Below are positions 9,410 through 18,113 of a DNA stretch of 64,000 nt, piece by piece. Source of the DNA: Chloroflexota bacterium (GTDB lineage Bacteria > Chloroflexota > Limnocylindria > Limnocylindrales > CSP1-4). Location of the stretch: NCBI GenBank assembly GCA_040389445.1, contig JAZJZX010000014.1, positions 130,744 through 194,743 on the forward strand, given 5' to 3'. Each line of letters begins with the position of its first letter. Position 1 is the stretch's first letter. The notes beneath the pieces were generated by a model. The model had not been told where the DNA came from and made no database searches. It worked only from the letters and a program-made list of their open reading frames with translations. Made by a program: the position numbers and the translations under genes.

Positions 9410-11551
9410 TCAAACGGAACGCGCCGGCCGTCGCGCCGGCGGTCGCGCCGGGCGTCCCTTCAGGACCATCATGCTGTGCCCCGCGACGGTCATGCCACCG
9501 CCGGCGTCGATCCGACGACCCCGCGCCGGAAAGGGTCGGGCAGCGGATGTATCCAGACAGACCTGCCAGACCGCCGATCGGGTCGCCTCCGGAACGACGA
9601 ACCGTCGCTCGTCCGACCTCGGGTTGATTGCGAGAAAGAACGAGTCGTCGTGGATCGGGAGACCATCGACGTCGACCAGGCCCTCGCCTGAGATGCAAAC
9701 CCCGATTCCCTGATCGAGCGGATCGTGCCAGTGCTCATCGCCCATCGGCGTTCCGTCGGGTGCGAGCCATTCGATCTCATGCGCCTCCTCGCCACGAATC
9801 GGGCGGTTCTGAAACCAGCGCCGGCGGCGGAAGGCCGGATGGTCGTGGCGAAACGCGATGAGCCGCCGTACGAAGTCGAGGAGCTCCCGATCAGCGTGCG
9901 CCCAGTCGAACCACGAGGTCTCATTGTCCTGGGCATAGCCGTTGTTGTTGCCGCCCTGGGTGCGTCCGATCTCGTCGCCGCTGAGCAGCATCGGGACCCC
10001 CTGGGACAGGAACAGGGTGGTCAACAGGTTGCGCTGGTCCCGCGATCGGGCGGCCTGGATGGCCGGATCGTGGGTGGGTCCCTCGACTCCGTGATTCGAG
10101 GATCGATTGTGGCGTTCCCCGTCGTGGTTGTCCTCCCCGTTCGCCTCGTTGTGCCTGTTGTCGTAGGCCACGAGGTCGGCCAGCGTGAACCCGTCGTGGG
10201 CGGTCACGAAGTTGACGCTGGCATAGGGTCGGCGACCGTTTGACGCATACAGGTCCGAGCTGCCCGTGAGCCGATAGCCGAAGTCGGCCAGGGGTTCCGG
10301 CGCACCGCGCCAGAGATCCCGGACCGCGTCCCGGTAGCGGCCGTTCCATTCCGACCACTGGGGCGGGAAGTTGCCGACCTGGTAGCCGCCCTCGCCGACA
10401 TCCCAAGGCTCGGCGATGAGCTTGACCTCGTTGATCATGGGGTCCTGGTGAATGAGATCGAAGAAGGCCGAGAGGCGGTCGACCTCGTGGAGCTCGCGGG
10501 CCAGGGCCGCTGCAAGGTCGAACCGGAAGCCGTCGACGTGCATGTCCCGGATCCAGTAGCGCAGGCTGTCCATGATCAACTGCAGGCTGTGCGGGTGCCG
10601 GACGTTGAGGGTATTGCCGGTGCCGGTGTAGTCCACGTAGCGTCGTCGGTCGTGGCCCATGAGGCGGTAGTAGGCGGCGTTGTCGATGCCCTTGAAGGAG
10701 AGCATCGGCCCGAGGTGATCGCCCTCGGCGGTGTGGTTGTAGACGACGTCCAGGATCACCTCGATGTCGGCAGCGTGGAGTGCCTTGACCATCGACTTGA
10801 ATTCCGCCACCTGGCCGGCACCCGCCGATACGCTGGCATAGCCGTTGTGCGGGGCCAGGAAGCCGATGGTGTTGTAGCCCCAGTAGTTCCGCAGCCCTCG
10901 TTCGACGAGGCGAGCGTCATGGACGAACTGATGGACCGGCAGCAGCTCGACGGCCGTGATGCCCAGCGCCTTCAGGTAGCCGATGGCCACCGGATGCGCG
11001 AGCCCGGCGTAGGTCCCGCGCAGTTCGGGCGGGATGTCCGGGTGCCGTGCCGTGAACCCCTTGAGGTGCATCTCGTAGATCACGGTCGCGTTCGGTGGGT
11101 GGCGAGGCAGGCGATCGTCGCCCCAGTCGAAGGCCGGATCGACGACGACGGATCGGGGCATGAACGGCGCGCTGTCCGACGCTGTCGGGAAGCCGTCGGG
11201 ATCGCCGGGCGGGAAGCCGAACACGGCGGGATCCCAGTCGACCTCGCCCTCGAAGGCCTTGGCGTAGGGGTCCATCAGGAGCTTCGCCGGGTTGCACCGA
11301 TGACCGGCCGCCGGATCCCACGGGCCGTGGACGCGATACCCGTAGCGCTGGCCGCCGCCCACCTGCGGCAGGTAGGCGTGCCAGACGAATCCGGTCGATT
11401 CAGGCATCGGGATCCGGGTCTCGACGCCGTCGCCATCGAACAGGCAGAGCTCGACCCCTTCGGCCACCTCGGAGAACAACGAGAAGTTCGTGCCCCGCCC
11501 GTCGTAGGTGGCGCCGAGCGGATAGGGAACGCCGGCCCAGACCGTCGTCAT
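9410..11551 (-). CDS. glgX: Glycogen debranching enzyme GlgX
   Basis: The ORF opens at 11728, but the canonical GlgX N-terminus (MTTVWAGVPYPLGATYDGRGTNF) begins at the ATG at 11551. GH13 regions are present (DVVYNH, GFRFDLA, EPWD, FVTAHD). Confidence 0.85.
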   Translation of the reverse strand: MTTVWAGVPYPLGATYDGRGTNFSLFSEVAEGVELCLFDGDGVETRIPMPESTGFVWHAYLPQVGGGQRYGYRVHGPWDPAAGHRCNPAKLLMDPYAKAFEGEVDWDPAVFGFPPGDPDGFPTASDSAPFMPRSVVVDPAFDWGDDRLPRHPPNATVIYEMHLKGFTARHPDIPPELRGTYAGLAHPVAIGYLKALGITAVELLPVHQFVHDARLVERGLRNYWGYNTIGFLAPHNGYASVSAGAGQVAEFKSMVKALHAADIEVILDVVYNHTAEGDHLGPMLSFKGIDNAAYYRLMGHDRRRYVDYTGTGNTLNVRHPHSLQLIMDSLRYWIRDMHVDGFRFDLAAALARELHEVDRLSAFFDLIHQDPMINEVKLIAEPWDVGEGGYQVGNFPPQWSEWNGRYRDAVRDLWRGAPEPLADFGYRLTGSSDLYASNGRRPYASVNFVTAHDGFTLADLVAYDNRHNEANGEDNHDGERHNRSSNHGVEGPTHDPAIQAARSRDQRNLLTTLFLSQGVPMLLSGDEIGRTQGGNNNGYAQDNETSWFDWAHADRELLDFVRRLIAFRHDHPAFRRRRWFQNRPIRGEEAHEIEWLAPDGTPMGDEHWHDPLDQGIGVCISGEGLVDVDGLPIHDDSFFLAINPRSDERRFVVPEATRSAVWQVCLDTSAARPFPARGRRIDAGGGMTVAGHSMMVLKGRPARPPARRPARSV

Positions 11552-11783
11552 CGAGCCCGTGCCCATCGCATGGCAAATGGCAGGTAGGTATGCGGTGGGT
11601 GCTGGACGGATCGAGGGATGGGAACTCCAGGAGGGCGTGCCGGGTCGCACGACGGGCGCCTGTCCAACCGGGCGCAGGTGCCGCGCCTGACCGTAGGTGA
11701 GGCTCGCCGGGCTGTCAAACGGCCCCACGAGGCGCCCGACCAGGAGCGGCGTGTCACATTTCGGCAGCGTATCATCGGCGCCG

Positions 11784-12497
11784 ATGTGCGAGCACTACGT
11801 CGCCCGTAGCGCGTCCCCGTTCCGGCTCGACGAGCTCTGGGCGTTCACCGACCGCCTCGAGCGCTACGGCATCGCCGGGTTCGGATGGGGTGCCGCCTGG
11901 ATTGACCCATCGGGCCAGATCCGGAGCCATCGGGATGTACGCGCCTTTCGCGACGATCCGGGCCGGGAGGCGGTCGGTCATGTCGAGACCACGGCGGCCC
12001 TCGTCCACCTCCGCCGCCCGTCCCGGATGTCCACGCTCGGCCTGAACGACACCCAGCCATTCGACGACCCGAAGGGCCGCTACAGCTTCAGCCACAACGG
12101 GGATCTCCTGAACTACACGTCGTTGCGTGCTCATTACCGGTCCCAGGGTCGCCTGCTCGGCCGTGCCGACACGGAAGTCGCAGCCCGATGGCTGGAAGAT
12201 GCGTGGCACGAAGGCGAGCCCGTCCCGCACCTGCTCGGGGCGTTGCACGACGCCTTCGGCGGCCAGGCCAACCTCGCCCTGCTCACAGCCGACGGCGGGA
12301 CGCACCACTACGCCGGCAACCGCGAGAACCCGGTCTTCACGTTCCGGCTGGGGTCGATCGGGATCGCCGGCACGGGCATCTACTCGCTGGATCGGTCGGT
12401 GTTCAAGTACGTGGCCCATGGCGCCACGGATCGCCGGCTGGTGAAGGTTCGCACCACGGTTTTCCTCGCGCCGGACGGCCATCCGGCGGCCGCGTAG
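11784..12497 (+). CDS. Class II (Ntn-type) glutamine amidotransferase, YafJ/EgtC-like
   Basis: The internal ATG at 11784 gives an N-terminal Met-Cys (MCEHYVA…), the hallmark nucleophile of class II amidotransferases. The protein would be ~237 aa. Confidence 0.55.
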   Translation: MCEHYVARSASPFRLDELWAFTDRLERYGIAGFGWGAAWIDPSGQIRSHRDVRAFRDDPGREAVGHVETTAALVHLRRPSRMSTLGLNDTQPFDDPKGRYSFSHNGDLLNYTSLRAHYRSQGRLLGRADTEVAARWLEDAWHEGEPVPHLLGALHDAFGGQANLALLTADGGTHHYAGNRENPVFTFRLGSIGIAGTGIYSLDRSVFKYVAHGATDRRLVKVRTTVFLAPDGHPAAA

Positions 12498-12634
12498 GAC
12501 GCTGCAACGACCACCGTGCCGCCGCGCAACGGCCGGGTATCGGACGTCACCCATCGACCACGTGTCGGCCCGCGTAACGGCCGCCCCTTTCCGGCGTCTA
12601 TCGACCAGCCTGGCAACGAGCGGAGAGAGGAGAC

Positions 12635-13966
12635 ATGGACGTGGAGCTGGCGTACACAGCCGCCGATTCCGCCGAGGGTGACCGGCCCAGCGCGGATCTG
12701 CCCACCACGCAGCTGGTCCGACTGTCGCTCTACTGGCTCGGCCTCTCCAGCATCTTCACGGGTCTCACGGCGATCCTTTCCGGCCGGATCCAGTTCGCCG
12801 GGCTCGGTGAACGCGGGTCCGAGGGCACAACCCTCTTTGCCCTGAACTTCGCCGGCGCGCTCATTGCGGCGCTGGTACAGCCGACCGTCGGATCCATCTC
12901 CGACTACACCATCTCAAGGTGGGGCCGTCGCAAGCCCTACGTCTTCATCGGGTCGGTGCTCGATGTCCTGTTCCTGTTCGGGATCGCGACCTCGAACACG
13001 ATCGTGTCGATCGCGGCCTTCATGGTCCTCCTCCAGGTCAGCGCGAACTTCGCGCAGGGTCCGTTCCAGGGCTATGTGCCGGACCTCGTGCCGAAGCGGC
13101 AGGTCGGCACGGCTTCGGCGCTGGTTGGCCTGTTCCAGGTCCTCGGCAACGTCGCCGGGTTCGGGATCGGATCGTGGGCCGTGGCCACCGGCGACTTCTT
13201 CACCGGCACGATGGCCCTCGGGGCATTGGAGCTGGTCACGATGCTGTCGGTCGTCTGGCGCGTCGCGGAAGGTCGGACCGCGCGGCCGCGGGAGGGCAAG
13301 TCCTGGCCGACCATTGCGCGGGAAGCATGGGGCACGGACATCCTGCGCGAGCGGTCGTTCATATGGCTCGTTGGCTCGCGCTGGTTCGTGCTGATGGGCG
13401 CCAACATGCTCGTCAATTTCGCGACCTTCTACCTGGCGCAGACCTTTGCCCTGAGCCAGGCCGACACCGGCGGTTCGAACCTCGTGCTGCTCGCGGGAAC
13501 GGTCCTCGGCAATGTGGTTGCGGTGATACCGGCGGGACGGCTGTCCGACCGGATCGGGCGGAAGCCGGTCATCTACGCCGCATGCGCCGTGGGCGGCACC
13601 GGGATGGCCGTCGTGGCGGTTGCCCCGGTCATGCCCGTGGCGGTGGCCGGGGCGGCCCTGTTCGGTGCCGGCGTGGGGATGTTCCTCGCGGTCGACTGGG
13701 CGCTCATGACGGACATCATTCCGAAGGCCTCGTCCGGACGATACATGGGCATCAGCAACGTGGCCACCGCGACCTCGGGGATCGTGGCGGTGATGTCCGG
13801 CGGCCTCCTCATGGACGCGGTCAACCGCGGACTCGGGTACGGCCAGGGGCCCCGTTTCGCCTTCGGGCTGGCGGTCGTCTACTTCGCCGTCGGCGCCCTG
13901 CTGCTTCGGCCGGTCGTCGAGCCGAGGCACTCCGGGCGCGTCGGGTCTCCGAGCGGCTCGATCTGA
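12635..13966 (+). CDS. MFS transporter
   Basis: 443 aa with about 12 predicted hydrophobic helices. ATG at 12635 is preceded by GGAGAGAGG. Typical MFS loop motifs are present. Confidence 0.75.
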   Translation: MDVELAYTAADSAEGDRPSADLPTTQLVRLSLYWLGLSSIFTGLTAILSGRIQFAGLGERGSEGTTLFALNFAGALIAALVQPTVGSISDYTISRWGRRKPYVFIGSVLDVLFLFGIATSNTIVSIAAFMVLLQVSANFAQGPFQGYVPDLVPKRQVGTASALVGLFQVLGNVAGFGIGSWAVATGDFFTGTMALGALELVTMLSVVWRVAEGRTARPREGKSWPTIAREAWGTDILRERSFIWLVGSRWFVLMGANMLVNFATFYLAQTFALSQADTGGSNLVLLAGTVLGNVVAVIPAGRLSDRIGRKPVIYAACAVGGTGMAVVAVAPVMPVAVAGAALFGAGVGMFLAVDWALMTDIIPKASSGRYMGISNVATATSGIVAVMSGGLLMDAVNRGLGYGQGPRFAFGLAVVYFAVGALLLRPVVEPRHSGRVGSPSGSI

Positions 13967-14091
13967 TTTGACGGGCCGCTCCGTCGCCCATCAGGGCGGG
14001 ATGCAGCGCCTCCACCGGCAGGAGGATCGGACCCGTCTCGCATCGGACCGTCGCCTTCGGCCACGCTCCGCCGGTATACTCCCGCGCAATC

Positions 14092-14931
14092 ATGAGCGAC
14101 GGCACGGTCATCATCATCGGCGGCGCTGAGGACAAGATCCGGGACCGGATCATCCTCAATCGGTTCGTCGCCCTCGCGGGCGGCGACGAGGCGATCGTGG
14201 CCGTCATCTCGACGGCATCGTCGCTGGGTCCGGAGGCCGGCGATCGGTACCGTCAGATCTTCACCGAGCTGGGCGTGAAGACCATTCGCCCGCTCCATGC
14301 GATGACGCGGGCGCAGGCGAACGACGAAACCTTTGGGCGCGCCGTCCGCGATGCCACCGGCATCTACCTCACCGGCGGAAATCAGCTGCGCCTGTCGTCC
14401 ACGATCGGGGGCACCCGCCTGGCGGAGGCCATCCTCGAGCGATTCAAGCACGGGGCAGTCGTGGCCGGGACGTCGGCCGGGGCCTCCGCGATGTCGAGTC
14501 ACATGATCGCCTTCGGCGCCTCGGGCGCCACGCCCAAGCACCGGATGGCGGCGATTGCTGCCGGGCTGGGCGTGTTGCCGGGCGTGATCGTCGATCAACA
14601 TTTCCAGCAGCGAAATCGGCTCGGTCGGCTGCTGAGCCTGATCGCCCAGAACCCGAGCCTGCTCGGGATCGGCGTGGACGAGGATACGGCCGGCGTCGTG
14701 GGGCCGGACCACGTCCTGGAGGTGATCGGTCGCGGCAGCATCACCATCGTCGACGGGGCCGCGGCGGAGACCGACGCCTGGGACGTCCGGGGACATCGTC
14801 CGGTCATGCTGAGCGGGGTCGTCCTGCACTCGCTGCCGGCCGGCTATCGGTTCGATCTCCGACGACGACATCGCATCACCGGACCGGCACTCAAGGCTCT
14901 TCCGGGCGGCGAGGCCGCAGCATCCAGCTAG
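14092..14931 (+). CDS. cphB: Cyanophycinase CphB (peptidase S51)
   Basis: 279 aa with S51 signatures (IIGGAEDK…, TGGNQ, GTSAGA) and the size expected for cyanophycinase. It lies immediately upstream of cphA. Confidence 0.8.
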   Translation: MSDGTVIIIGGAEDKIRDRIILNRFVALAGGDEAIVAVISTASSLGPEAGDRYRQIFTELGVKTIRPLHAMTRAQANDETFGRAVRDATGIYLTGGNQLRLSSTIGGTRLAEAILERFKHGAVVAGTSAGASAMSSHMIAFGASGATPKHRMAAIAAGLGVLPGVIVDQHFQQRNRLGRLLSLIAQNPSLLGIGVDEDTAGVVGPDHVLEVIGRGSITIVDGAAAETDAWDVRGHRPVMLSGVVLHSLPAGYRFDLRRRHRITGPALKALPGGEAAASS

Positions 14932-14965
14932 CGTCGATCAAGCGCCGGTTGCGCCGGCCTGAAGC

Positions 14966-17794
14966 GTGAGGACTGCCATCGTGGCCAAGGCCGCCGGGAA
15001 GACCAGCCGAACCAGGCGCGTCGGCGGCGCCCAGCTCGGCGGCGCCCCGCTCGGCCGTCCCTCGCCCGACCTGCGCGTGCTCGAGACACGCATTCTGCGC
15101 GGCCCCAACTTCTGGTCCCGCTCGCCGGTGGTGCGGATGCTGGTGGACCTCGGTTCACTCGAACAGTTCCCCAGCAACACGATCCCCGGGTTCGTGGAGG
15201 GCCTCGTGGCCTGGATTCCGTCCCTGGAGGATCATGCCTGCTCGCTCAATCGGCGGGGAGGGTTCCTGACCCGCCTCCGTGACGGAACCTGGGCCGGCCA
15301 CGTCTCGGAGCACGTCGCACTCGAGCTCCAGAACCTTGCCGGCACGGATGTCCGCCACGGCAAGACCCGCGGCGCCGGATCGGTCGGCCAGTACAACGTG
15401 GTCTACGAGTTCCGCGAGGAACTGGTCGGCATCGAGGCGGGCAAGTTCGCCGTCCGCATCGTCAACCATCTCGTCGATCCCGCTTCGGATCCCGACCTCG
15501 ACTACCTGACCGAGCTCGAACGCCTCATCCGGCTGGCCGAACGGGCCGCCTTCGGACCCTCGACCCAGGCGATCCTCGACGAGGCGGCATCCCGGGACAT
15601 TCCCTTCATCCGGCTCGATCGCCACTCGCTCGTCCAGCTCGGCCAGGGCGTTCACCAGCAGCGCATCCGGGCCACCATGACCTCGCGCACCTCGGGGATC
15701 GCGGTCGATGTCGCGAGCGACAAGAACCTGACCAATCGGCTGCTCGATTCCGCGGGTCTGCCGGTCCCGAAGGCCGATGTGGTCGAGGACGTCGAGGCGG
15801 CGGTTGCGACTGCCCGCCGACTCGGCTTCCCGTGCGTCCTGAAGCCTCTCGACGGGAACCACGGCCGAGGTGTCCACCTGGACCTCCAGTCGGACGACGA
15901 GGTTCGGGCGGCCTTCGATGGGGCCCTTCGCGAGTCACGATCGGGCGAAGTGGTCGTCGAGACCTACATCCACGGCAACGACTACCGCTGCCTGGTGATC
16001 GGCGGAAAGGTTGCGGCCATCGCCGAACGCGTACCAGCGTCGGTGGTCGGAGATGGATCGGCCACGGTCCACGAGCTGGTCGACCGGACGAATGCCGACC
16101 CGCGGCGCGGCATCGGGCACGAGAAGGTCCTGACCAAGATCAAGCTCGACGACGCGGCGATCGAGCTCGTTCGCGAGCAGGGTTTCGACCTCGACGCCGT
16201 CCCGCCCGCCGGGACGCGGGTGAAGCTCGCCCTGACCGGCAACATGTCCACCGGCGGTACGTCCATCGACCGGACGCTCGAGGCACATCCGGACAACGTG
16301 GAGATCGCCGAGATGGCGGCCCGGGTCGTGGGCCTCGATGTCGCCGGCATCGACTTCATCTGCCCCGACATCACGGTGCCCGTCCGCGAAACCGGGGGCG
16401 CCATCGTCGAGGTCAACGCGGCGCCCGGCTTCCGCATGCATACCCACCCGACGGAGGGCGAGCCGCAGTACGTGGCCCGGCCGGTCATCGACCTCCTCTT
16501 TCCCGCTGGTGCGCCGTCGCGCATCCCGATCATCGGTGTCACCGGTACGAACGGGAAGACCACGACGGTCCGGATGATCGCCCACATCCTCAAGCTCATG
16601 GGTCGGCGTGTCGGGATGACCTCGACCGACGGCATCGTGGTGGATGGCCGGATGATCAAGCGGGGCGACATGTCCGGTCCGAAGTCGGCCCGGATGATCC
16701 TCCAGAACCCCACCGTGGACACGGCGGTCTTCGAGGTTGCCCGGGGCGGGATCCTTCGCGAGGGCCTCGGCTACGACCGGAACGATGTCGCGGTCGTGAC
16801 GAACGTGACCGGCGACCACCTCGGACTCGGCGGGATCGACACCGTGCGGCAACTCGCGGACGTCAAGGCGGTCCTCGTGGAGGCCGTGCCGAGATCCGGG
16901 ACCGCGGTCCTCAACGCGGACGATCCGAACGTCGCGCGGATGGGCCAGCAGTGCGACGGGGCGGTCATCTACTTCTCCATGGAGACCAACAAGGGCGAGC
17001 CCGGATTCGATCGCGTCGACGGCCATTGCGGTCGAGGCGGGGCCGCGTTCATGGTCCGCCACACGCCCGAGGGAGACCAGATCGTCCTCCGCCATGGACC
17101 CCGGGTGATGCCGGTGCTGTACACGCATCTGATTCCGGCGACCTTCGGCGGCAAGGCTCGGATGAACGTCGCGAATGCACTCGCGGCGGCGGCTGCGGCA
17201 TGGGCGTCGGGCGCGCACCTCCACGACATCCGGCAGGGCCTGCGGACCTTCACGACGTCGTTCTTCCAGGCGCCGGGCCGGCTCAATCTCGTCGAAGTCG
17301 GCGGCGTCCGCGTCGTCATCGACTACTGCCACAACGTGGATGGGATGCGGAACCTGTCCGACTTCGTGAACCGGATGATGTCCGACAGCGGTATGCGGTC
17401 GGGCCGCGCCATCGGCGTGATCGGCGTCCCGGGCGACCGCCGCGACGAGGACATGCGCGACTACGGCGGCCTGGCCGCCACGGCGTTCGACGAGATCATC
17501 GTCCGCGAGGATCGCAATCTTCGGGGTCGCGCTCCGGCCGAAACATCGGCACGCGTGCTGGAGGGGATCGGGCAGGCGCGCGCGGCGGGCGCTCGAACGG
17601 AAAAGGCCGAGGAAATTCTCGACGAACTCACGGCGGTGCGGGCAGCCCTTGGTCGGGCCAAGCCGGGCGACCTCCTGGTCATGTGCGTCGATGACGCCAT
17701 CAGTGTCTACCGCGAGACGATGGCCACGGCAGGGCAGGGCCTCGGAACCACGGCCTTCGCCGATCCGGGTGAAATGGAGGCGCCGGAAGGCTGA
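14966..17794 (+). CDS. cphA: Cyanophycin synthetase CphA (N domain, ATP-grasp G domain and Mur-ligase-like M domain)
   Basis: The N-terminus is RILRGPNFWS… The ATP-grasp region reads …CVLKPLDGNHGRGV… and the Mur-ligase P-loop is GVTGTNGKTTT. The first possible start is GTG at 14966. Alternative starts are GTG at 14981 (preceded by GAGGA) and GTG at 15077 (best match to the canonical MKILKTQTLRGPNYW N-terminus). Confidence 0.85.
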   Translation: MRTAIVAKAAGKTSRTRRVGGAQLGGAPLGRPSPDLRVLETRILRGPNFWSRSPVVRMLVDLGSLEQFPSNTIPGFVEGLVAWIPSLEDHACSLNRRGGFLTRLRDGTWAGHVSEHVALELQNLAGTDVRHGKTRGAGSVGQYNVVYEFREELVGIEAGKFAVRIVNHLVDPASDPDLDYLTELERLIRLAERAAFGPSTQAILDEAASRDIPFIRLDRHSLVQLGQGVHQQRIRATMTSRTSGIAVDVASDKNLTNRLLDSAGLPVPKADVVEDVEAAVATARRLGFPCVLKPLDGNHGRGVHLDLQSDDEVRAAFDGALRESRSGEVVVETYIHGNDYRCLVIGGKVAAIAERVPASVVGDGSATVHELVDRTNADPRRGIGHEKVLTKIKLDDAAIELVREQGFDLDAVPPAGTRVKLALTGNMSTGGTSIDRTLEAHPDNVEIAEMAARVVGLDVAGIDFICPDITVPVRETGGAIVEVNAAPGFRMHTHPTEGEPQYVARPVIDLLFPAGAPSRIPIIGVTGTNGKTTTVRMIAHILKLMGRRVGMTSTDGIVVDGRMIKRGDMSGPKSARMILQNPTVDTAVFEVARGGILREGLGYDRNDVAVVTNVTGDHLGLGGIDTVRQLADVKAVLVEAVPRSGTAVLNADDPNVARMGQQCDGAVIYFSMETNKGEPGFDRVDGHCGRGGAAFMVRHTPEGDQIVLRHGPRVMPVLYTHLIPATFGGKARMNVANALAAAAAAWASGAHLHDIRQGLRTFTTSFFQAPGRLNLVEVGGVRVVIDYCHNVDGMRNLSDFVNRMMSDSGMRSGRAIGVIGVPGDRRDEDMRDYGGLAATAFDEIIVREDRNLRGRAPAETSARVLEGIGQARAAGARTEKAEEILDELTAVRAALGRAKPGDLLVMCVDDAISVYRETMATAGQGLGTTAFADPGEMEAPEG

Positions 17795-17845
17795 TCCTCT
17801 CGGCCGGAAGGCTGATCCTCTCGGCCGGAAGGCTGATCCTCTCGA
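17783..17845 (+). repeat. Perfect tandem repeat, 3 x 21 bp (ccggaaggctgatcctctcgg), straddling the cphA stop codon
   Basis: Read directly from sequence: copies at 17783-17803, 17804-17824 and 17825-17845 (last base differs). Each copy carries an in-frame TGA relative to cphA. Confidence 0.9.
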
Positions 17846-17864
17846 GCCGAGTCCGGGCCCCGGG

Positions 17865-17954
17865 TCAGCGCCCCAGATTCAGGTTCGCGCTGACGGCCCT
17901 GACGATGACCCAGATCTCGACGGCCGAGATCACGACGAGCGCGATACCGATTGC
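17865..17954 (-). CDS. Candidate 29-aa hydrophobic small protein (MAIGIALVVISAVEIWVIVRAVSANLNLGR)
   Basis: An ATG-initiated ORF nested in a longer ORF-track entry, with GC-rich third codon positions and a single transmembrane-like helix. GGAG lies immediately upstream. It is 160 bp downstream of the cphA-like gene. Very tentative. Confidence 0.2.
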   Translation of the reverse strand, partial: AIGIALVVISAVEIWVIVRAVSANLNLGR

Positions 17955-18113
17955 CATCTCCACGGGGCAGATCCTCCATCCATTCCGACCGCCGATGAAC
18001 CGGCGCTGGGGTCCATGATGCGGTTCGCGCGTCGGCGCCGCAACGCATTTCCGCAGCCCTCCGTGGCCCGGGGCCCGGGGCCCGTGCTGCGCGCCGCGAT
18101 GCACGGTCCCTCC

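Noticed and set aside
15832-17694. 620-aa alternative-frame ORF inside cphA (also 15935-17332 minus, 465 aa)
   Set aside because: It is the same DNA as cphA read in another frame or strand. The translation is extreme Arg/Gly/Pro low complexity. cphA itself has strong, contiguous domain homology.
17783-17845. CRISPR array or other spacer-repeat structure
   Set aside because: The repeats at 17783-17845, 28687-28743, 53663-53712 and 62860-62920 are short, contiguous tandem repeats without intervening unique spacers. No cas genes are in the window.
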